Assembly (NCBI GenBank): GCA_049287205.1
Contig: JBAQFJ010000001.1
Location: forward strand, 943,653 to 1,007,652
DNA: 64,000 nucleotides
Direction: 5' to 3'
Origin: Microgenomates group bacterium
Lineage (GTDB): Bacteria > Patescibacteriota > Microgenomatia > UBA10105 > UBA927
Both the position numbers and the translations under genes were made by a program. Numbering within the stretch: the stretch's first letter is position 1; each line of letters opens with the position of its first letter. A model generated the notes under the pieces. The model had not been told where the DNA came from, did no database searches, and saw nothing but the letters and a program-made list of their open reading frames with translations. Below, piece after piece: positions 58,372-64,000 of this stretch.

Positions 58372-59904
58372 GTGCTATATTCTTTGATTGAAAAAACAAT
58401 GAGTTTTTTTAAAAAAAATCAGGATCGCATAGTGTTATGTGCCATATGCATTGCTTTTTTTATTGTCGGACTCTATCGATTAGATACACTTCCCGGAGAA
58501 TGGTTTGGTGATATCTCCATAGTAAATAATTATGTAAGCGAGATTTTAGCGGGAAACCATCCATTCATTTTTGTTACGAGTGCGGGCCCTGTATATTTTT
58601 ATTGTATTGCTCCGATCATTTATCTTGTTGGTGCCTCATTTTTGACGTATAAATTGATTTCCTTAAGCGTTGGAGTTGTTGGCATCGTTGTTATCTATCT
58701 TTTTGCCCGAGCGCTGTTTTCTTCCCGTATTGCCCTCATCACCTCCTTTCTTACCGCCTGTTCATTCTGGTATCTCGTGTGGGCAAGACTTGGTAACTAC
58801 AACATCTGTGTTCCTATTCTTACAGCGTGTATGCTGTATTGTTTTTTGAAATATGTGCATGGTCATCATTTTCGTTGGCTTGCAGGAAGCATTATTGCTT
58901 CTGGATTCGGACTGTTTTTATATGCAGGCACATTTGTATTGCCCGTTGTGTTGTGTGCGTTGTATTTGTACGACCTTGTTTGGCAACGGAAAAAAATGGA
59001 GTGGAGGCAGATATGGCGGATGGCATGTTGGTATCTCCCTATTTTTACCTTGTTTATGTTGTTGCTTTTTTTGAGTGCCAGGCAAGAAGCAGATGGGTAT
59101 TTAGGAACGAAACTCATCGATACATTTTCCTTACCGCTTGGTGATTTTTTGTTGCAGTTGGGGCGAAATGCCTTTCGTACCCTGACCATGCTACATCTTG
59201 AGGGAGACATTGTGTTTCGGTGGAATATTCCTGCCAAACCTCTGATCGATACGGTAAGCGGGATAGTTTTTATTTTTGGTGTGCTGTTACTGTTTATTCA
59301 AAAAAAATCCTGTCTGCCATATATTGTTATTCCTGCGTGTCTTTTACTTATTCCTTCCATACTTCCCGGTCATCCGGCAATTGAAGTCCCAAGTAGTCCT
59401 AGGACACTTGCTATTCTTCCATTTGTATTTGTCAGTATTGCGTACGGCATCGATTGTATGTATGTTTTTTTCAAAGAAAAGATCGGGCCTTTTGGCGGCA
59501 AGATATTGTTGCTCGCTCTATGTGTAGTGATTTTATATTTGAATATGTATGCGTATTTTGTTCAGTATCCAACTCACTTGCCAAACAGGAATGTACCGTA
59601 TAGCAAACTCATTGCCGCGTTTATCGACACAGTCTCTACAGAAACACCGGTGTATATAACTGCCTTAGAGTGGGGAGAGTGGGGACAACCGGAATATGAC
59701 GGAATTTATTATGCACTGCAGCATAGAGATAGAATACTGAGTACCGATGTGCCGACATGCGATCTCGTCGGCACAGCATTTGTTGTTATCGCCTCACCGT
59801 ATCAACAGGAAGAAGTATCTGTATTGCAGTCGTGTATACCGACTGCAACCATACGGGAGCACAGAAAAAATGGTCAGCTAGTCTTTTTGTCGCTTACGAA
59901 TTAG
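58372..59904 (+). CDS. GT-C fold membrane glycosyltransferase (ArnT/PMT_2-like, GT39/GT83)
   Basis: About 11 TM helices, a first extracytoplasmic loop with PGEWFGD, and a C-terminal soluble domain. Confidence 0.55.
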   Translation: MLYSLIEKTMSFFKKNQDRIVLCAICIAFFIVGLYRLDTLPGEWFGDISIVNNYVSEILAGNHPFIFVTSAGPVYFYCIAPIIYLVGASFLTYKLISLSVGVVGIVVIYLFARALFSSRIALITSFLTACSFWYLVWARLGNYNICVPILTACMLYCFLKYVHGHHFRWLAGSIIASGFGLFLYAGTFVLPVVLCALYLYDLVWQRKKMEWRQIWRMACWYLPIFTLFMLLLFLSARQEADGYLGTKLIDTFSLPLGDFLLQLGRNAFRTLTMLHLEGDIVFRWNIPAKPLIDTVSGIVFIFGVLLLFIQKKSCLPYIVIPACLLLIPSILPGHPAIEVPSSPRTLAILPFVFVSIAYGIDCMYVFFKEKIGPFGGKILLLALCVVILYLNMYAYFVQYPTHLPNRNVPYSKLIAAFIDTVSTETPVYITALEWGEWGQPEYDGIYYALQHRDRILSTDVPTCDLVGTAFVVIASPYQQEEVSVLQSCIPTATIREHRKNGQLVFLSLTN

Positions 59905-59977
59905 CGTACCTTGTTTTCAGATGAAGCAGTTTTTGTCTGTGCTATACTGTGTGAATTGTTTTTCGCATTGATTTTTT

Positions 59978-61021
59978 ATGAAAGATACGCGTCTATTTTT
60001 GGTAACCGGCGGATCAGGATTCTTGGGCATTAATTGTATAAGGTATCTTCTTCATCGGGGTTGCCGTGTGCGTTCGCTTGATATAGCGCCATTTACGTAT
60101 CCTGAAAAAACCCGCGTTGTTTCTCTTGTTGGAGACATTCGTGACAAAAAAACGGTAGAACAAGCGATGCGCGGTGTGGATGTGGTTGTTCATTGCGCCG
60201 CCGCACTTCCTTTGTACACAAAAGAGGATATTTATTCAACGGAAGTGACTGGGACGGAAATCGTTTTGGCTGCAGCAAAAAAACTGCATATTTCGTGCGT
60301 TATATATATTTCTTCAACCGCTGTTTATGGTATTCCCGACCATCATCCGATTGTAGAAACTGACCGCATGATCGGTGTAGGTCCGTATGGTGAAGCCAAA
60401 ATACAAGCAGAAGCGCTATGTCGGCGTGCAAGAGCACAAGGCTTGTGTGTACCAATCATCAGACCAAAAACATTTGTCGGCCCCGAACGGTTGGGGATTT
60501 TCGGGATGCTGTATGACTGGGCATATACAGGGCACGGGTTTCCGATGATTGGGTCGGGGAACCACCGGTATCAACTGTTGGATGTGGAAGACTTATGCCA
60601 GTTTATTTATCTTGTAAGTTGTAAACCAAGGGACGTGGTAAATACTGAATTTAATGTCGGCGCTTTGAAATTTGGAACAATGCGTGAAGATTTTCAGTCT
60701 GTATTAACCCTTGCGGGACATGGAAAAAAAATCATTGGTTTTGCCGAACAGCCTGTTATCTTTGGACTGAAGGTGTTGGAAGCACTGCACTTGTCGCCAG
60801 TCTATGAATGGATTTATGAAACTGCAGGAAAAGATTCGTTTGTTTCGATTGTAAAAGCTCAAAAAATTGGTTACAAGCCTCAGTATTCCAACAGTGATGC
60901 GTTGAAACGGAATTATATGTGGTATGTGAAGAATTTGCCGAGTTTTGCTCGTACGACGGGTATATCACACCGTGTGCCGTGGGGACAGGGAATTTTGCAG
61001 TTTGCCAAGTTATTCTTCTAA
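59978..61021 (+). CDS. NAD-dependent epimerase/dehydratase (extended SDR)
   Basis: LVTGGSGFLGINCIRYLL Rossmann motif and the YGEAK catalytic YxxxK. Confidence 0.75.
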   Translation: MKDTRLFLVTGGSGFLGINCIRYLLHRGCRVRSLDIAPFTYPEKTRVVSLVGDIRDKKTVEQAMRGVDVVVHCAAALPLYTKEDIYSTEVTGTEIVLAAAKKLHISCVIYISSTAVYGIPDHHPIVETDRMIGVGPYGEAKIQAEALCRRARAQGLCVPIIRPKTFVGPERLGIFGMLYDWAYTGHGFPMIGSGNHRYQLLDVEDLCQFIYLVSCKPRDVVNTEFNVGALKFGTMREDFQSVLTLAGHGKKIIGFAEQPVIFGLKVLEALHLSPVYEWIYETAGKDSFVSIVKAQKIGYKPQYSNSDALKRNYMWYVKNLPSFARTTGISHRVPWGQGILQFAKLFF

Positions 61022-62671
61022 TGTAATCGGAGTAAACACACCGGTTTTTTTGAATATCATAATTTTCGGATGGTCATAGACGGTAAACGATTCATCGGCC
61101 ACGCTGTCATTGATTTGCATGTTGGTAAACGGTAATGTCGGATAATTTTCAAACGTTGCAACTTTTGTAAACCCGAGGGATCCGGAAAATAATTTATGAT
61201 AATACATCGCTGTTGTTTTGTAGCATTTGTCTTTTGGCAATCTGCTGCAGTTTGTCAATTTCATAAGTGGGGTATAGAGTCTGTTGCTTGCGATGATAAT
61301 GTAGTCTGTTTCACTTAACACCTGATTGACAGTGTCCCATTTTTCGTTTGTATCCGTTTCATAGAGCGCTAGTTCACGTACAGCATAGAGGGAAGCAAAT
61401 CCGATCGGCAACGCGTCGTCCCAATGTTCAAGGGCGATGACCGCGCCTTTTGCAATGTTTGTTTTTATCCATGCTGTTGCTGTGACCCGTGTGTTCGGCA
61501 CGGTGTATATTGTCATGAAGGTCATTGTCCACAGAAGTATAATTCCGGTACAAATACCGTAGATAAGCACACTTTTGTTGCGGGATAGAGTATGAGTACA
61601 TTTTTGTATCAATAATGCTGCAAAGATTGTCAGTAGTGGATATATAGGAAGCATATATCGCATAAATCCGATGGCAAACCGTCCGACAGTTGCTGTATAG
61701 ATCCAAAAAAAGGAAAGGAGAAGAATAGCGGGGAAGTGTTTTTCTTTTATTGTGTGCAGTGTTGCATAGATGATTCCTACGATCGATAGCGTGCCAAGCA
61801 GTATTCCTTGTCCCCAAAGCAGGATATTTTTTAGTTCATATATATAGGGAATTTTTCCGACATATTGGAGGGTATAGGGGAATGTGAACGCGTTTTTTGT
61901 CATGGTTTGTTGTGCGATTATTTGCTGCTTGAATGAGACAAAATCAAAAAATGCGAATGGTTCTGAAACAAAAAATGTATACAGTGTCGCTCCACCGATG
62001 CATGCTGCATGGGTAAGTGTCTGTTTCCAACTGTTTTTCCATTGGAGAGCGAGGGTTATGCCGATTGGAATACATAATATTGTTGCACTTATTTTTGTTG
62101 CAAGCGCAAGTCCGCATGCAACACCAATATACAGCGCATTGGAGATGGTTTGGTGTTGGTGGTATCGAAGGATGAGGAGGAGGGTGAGCATGGAAAAAAA
62201 TGTGAGGAGTGTATCAACCGCGTAAAAATGGCTGAGTTGTATGGGAAGAACAGAGATGGCGTACCAAAGTGAGCCAAACCACACCGTGTATTTATTTTTA
62301 GTTAATCTGCGAAGAATATAATATATGCAACAGACAGACCCGATATCAAATACTCCCGACAGTATTCTTCCAAGAATGTAGATTTTGTCGTAGCTTGCAA
62401 ACCGTATGTCGAACATTCCGCCGATTGCTCCTGTAAGTTTCAACAGATAGAACGGGAAACTTCCATAGGCAAAAAAGTGCGGATTCATGTCTTGGTGAAC
62501 GTTTAACTGTTCGACGGTCATGAGAATCATCCGTTCATCCGGATGAAGATGGTTCCCCTGATCCCAATCAAGACCTGTGAATCTGAAGACGGCGGCAATG
62601 CCAAGAATTGCAATCAATAGTATGAATGATTTAATTCGTGGTTTCATGGTAATTGCATGACTGAGCGACAT
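61010..62671 (-). CDS. GT-C fold glycosyltransferase family 39-like (PMT_2 / ArnT-like)
   Basis: LHPDERMI (DE motif) in the first loop and about 11 TM helices. Confidence 0.6.
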   Translation of the reverse strand: MSLSHAITMKPRIKSFILLIAILGIAAVFRFTGLDWDQGNHLHPDERMILMTVEQLNVHQDMNPHFFAYGSFPFYLLKLTGAIGGMFDIRFASYDKIYILGRILSGVFDIGSVCCIYYILRRLTKNKYTVWFGSLWYAISVLPIQLSHFYAVDTLLTFFSMLTLLLILRYHQHQTISNALYIGVACGLALATKISATILCIPIGITLALQWKNSWKQTLTHAACIGGATLYTFFVSEPFAFFDFVSFKQQIIAQQTMTKNAFTFPYTLQYVGKIPYIYELKNILLWGQGILLGTLSIVGIIYATLHTIKEKHFPAILLLSFFWIYTATVGRFAIGFMRYMLPIYPLLTIFAALLIQKCTHTLSRNKSVLIYGICTGIILLWTMTFMTIYTVPNTRVTATAWIKTNIAKGAVIALEHWDDALPIGFASLYAVRELALYETDTNEKWDTVNQVLSETDYIIIASNRLYTPLMKLTNCSRLPKDKCYKTTAMYYHKLFSGSLGFTKVATFENYPTLPFTNMQINDSVADESFTVYDHPKIMIFKKTGVFTPITLEE

Positions 62672-63971
62672 CGTATACGTTCATTCCCGTTGTTGTATTG
62701 GTGTATAGATTTACAAATTCATTTTCAAACAAGACATTGTTTGGTTGAAGAAATTGTTCCGGGGTACGGGAAAGTTCTATATACCCGATATGGTACTTTT
62801 GCAATAAATAACATGCTTTTTCTTTGTTGGTTGCTTCATAAATGGATTTTTGCTGCATTTCCCGTTTTGTCTGATTATATCCGTATGACCATGTAAAGTA
62901 GGTATATCCCGCAAATATTTTTCTTCCGGCAAGAGACGCCGGGTGATAGAGCCATGTGCTGTTTAAAATAACGGCATCAGGCGGAGTGTTGGTGCGGAAA
63001 AATTCTACATCCCGGTTATTAGGCGCATCCTGCATCGATCCTTTTGTTTCATTGAAAATAGGGAACAGATCAATGATGCCGGAAAGAGTTAAAATAAATG
63101 CCAATAAGCCAATAACCCAATAACTTAATATACGGATGATTTTAGATGAAGATTTTTTGAGCCAGTCAAAGATTTTGACCAATCCATGTGCGGTAAGTAA
63201 GTTGCCGACGATAATAAAAAAATTAAAGAATTTGTGATTATTGATCATATCAGGAGAAAACCGCCACAGATTGGGTGCAATAAACAGTAGCAGTAAGGGA
63301 ACGATGAACAGAATTTTAACTTTTTTTGGTGCGACAATGAATCCGAAGGGAATCATAACAAACGAAAGTCCGAGATTTTGCCACCAAAATACCACAATGG
63401 AACGCAGTGTGAGCGGATTGTGCACAAGATAGCCTGGATCAAAGGTGATAGTACCAGACAAGCCAATAAGCTTTGTATACACGAAAATACTTGGAATACT
63501 GATGAGTGCGGCACAAAGGAGGGGGATACGAGATTTTTTTTGTATGATGCAGATCCACAGAAGCCAAATTCCTGCAATAAGGGCAGCTGCTTGGTTTAAA
63601 AAAAGCAGGGTAATCATGGAGAGTGCAATGCTGCAGGAGAGCAGGAATCTATGGACTTTTGACTGCATGGTATTTGTCTTGAGTGTAAGCAGTATTGTTA
63701 TGAGTACCAGTGCATACGACAATCCAAGATGTCGTTGATTTGTATAGATATTCATTGTCCAGAATGCGCTTACAAGTCCTCCATCCCACGGGCCGAATGC
63801 CGGAAACGCGGTATTTGTGACAATATCCTGCAGTGTATGGGATGAAAGCGGATGTTTTTCAAAAAATCGTACAAAGGACAGTGACCCATTAAAACAAAAA
63901 AGGAGTACGGCAATGGTTGCAGTTGCATAGCGAGAGAACAGTTTTTTTGCCATGAGTGCAATGGTAAGCAT
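62631..63971 (-). CDS. Polytopic membrane protein, putative GT-C-like glycosyltransferase (may extend beyond the window)
   Basis: About 10 TM helices plus a C-terminal soluble domain. It overlaps the downstream GT-C gene by 41 nt. Confidence 0.4.
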   Translation of the reverse strand: MLTIALMAKKLFSRYATATIAVLLFCFNGSLSFVRFFEKHPLSSHTLQDIVTNTAFPAFGPWDGGLVSAFWTMNIYTNQRHLGLSYALVLITILLTLKTNTMQSKVHRFLLSCSIALSMITLLFLNQAAALIAGIWLLWICIIQKKSRIPLLCAALISIPSIFVYTKLIGLSGTITFDPGYLVHNPLTLRSIVVFWWQNLGLSFVMIPFGFIVAPKKVKILFIVPLLLLFIAPNLWRFSPDMINNHKFFNFFIIVGNLLTAHGLVKIFDWLKKSSSKIIRILSYWVIGLLAFILTLSGIIDLFPIFNETKGSMQDAPNNRDVEFFRTNTPPDAVILNSTWLYHPASLAGRKIFAGYTYFTWSYGYNQTKREMQQKSIYEATNKEKACYLLQKYHIGYIELSRTPEQFLQPNNVLFENEFVNLYTNTTTGMNVYDVAQSCNYHETTN

Positions 63972-64000
63972 GAGTGCGGAAAGACCAAATACGCTCAGTG

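Noticed and set aside
63093-63125. CCAATAAGCCAATAACCCAATAA repeat resembling the intergenic CCAATAA blocks
   Set aside because: It lies inside the 62631-63971 membrane protein gene and encodes a hydrophobic YWVIGLLA segment on the minus strand, so it is most likely coincidental.

Overview
This 64 kb window looks like a small-genome, CPR/Patescibacteria-like bacterium, with about 42% GC and the standard genetic code; I saw no sign of UGA recoding. It is gene-dense, with roughly 65 CDS, and most of the content is housekeeping. That includes TrpRS, ValRS, EF-P, ribosomal proteins L25, L34 and S1, the rpmH-rnpA-yidD-yidC-jag cluster, recF, radA, pth, trxA/trxB and glutamate dehydrogenase. The RNA genes are tRNA-Trp(CCA), tRNA-Met(CAT), an atypical tRNA-like CAT gene, tRNA-Ala(UGC), and a 23S-5S rRNA operon with no 16S. 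The 23S is interrupted by two group I introns, and the first encodes a LAGLIDADG homing endonuclease. Other notable modules are a tRNA-Trp/trpB2/trpS 'Trp' operon, an EF-P/EpmA operon, and a copper homeostasis island (csoR-copA, permease-copZ, with a candidate operator). There is also an archaeal-flavoured DNA repair set: an EndoQ-like PHP nuclease, an ATP-dependent DNA ligase and a type-1 RNase H. Envelope genes include a flippase/O-antigen-ligase pair and, at the 3' end (55.5-64 kb), a cluster resembling the mycobacterial Galf/decaprenyl-phospho-pentose (arabinogalactan precursor) pathway. That cluster has a Glf-like flavoenzyme, a UbiA-family DPPR-synthase-like prenyltransferase, a HAD phosphatase, an NAD epimerase and three GT-C glycosyltransferases. 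I consider it the most likely novel system in the window. Several non-coding oddities are reported below: an RBS-sequestering leader hairpin, phased CCAATAA repeats, and a 1.15 kb non-coding island with repeats. No CRISPR array or clear transposon was seen. All coordinates come from manual reading and may be off by a few nucleotides.
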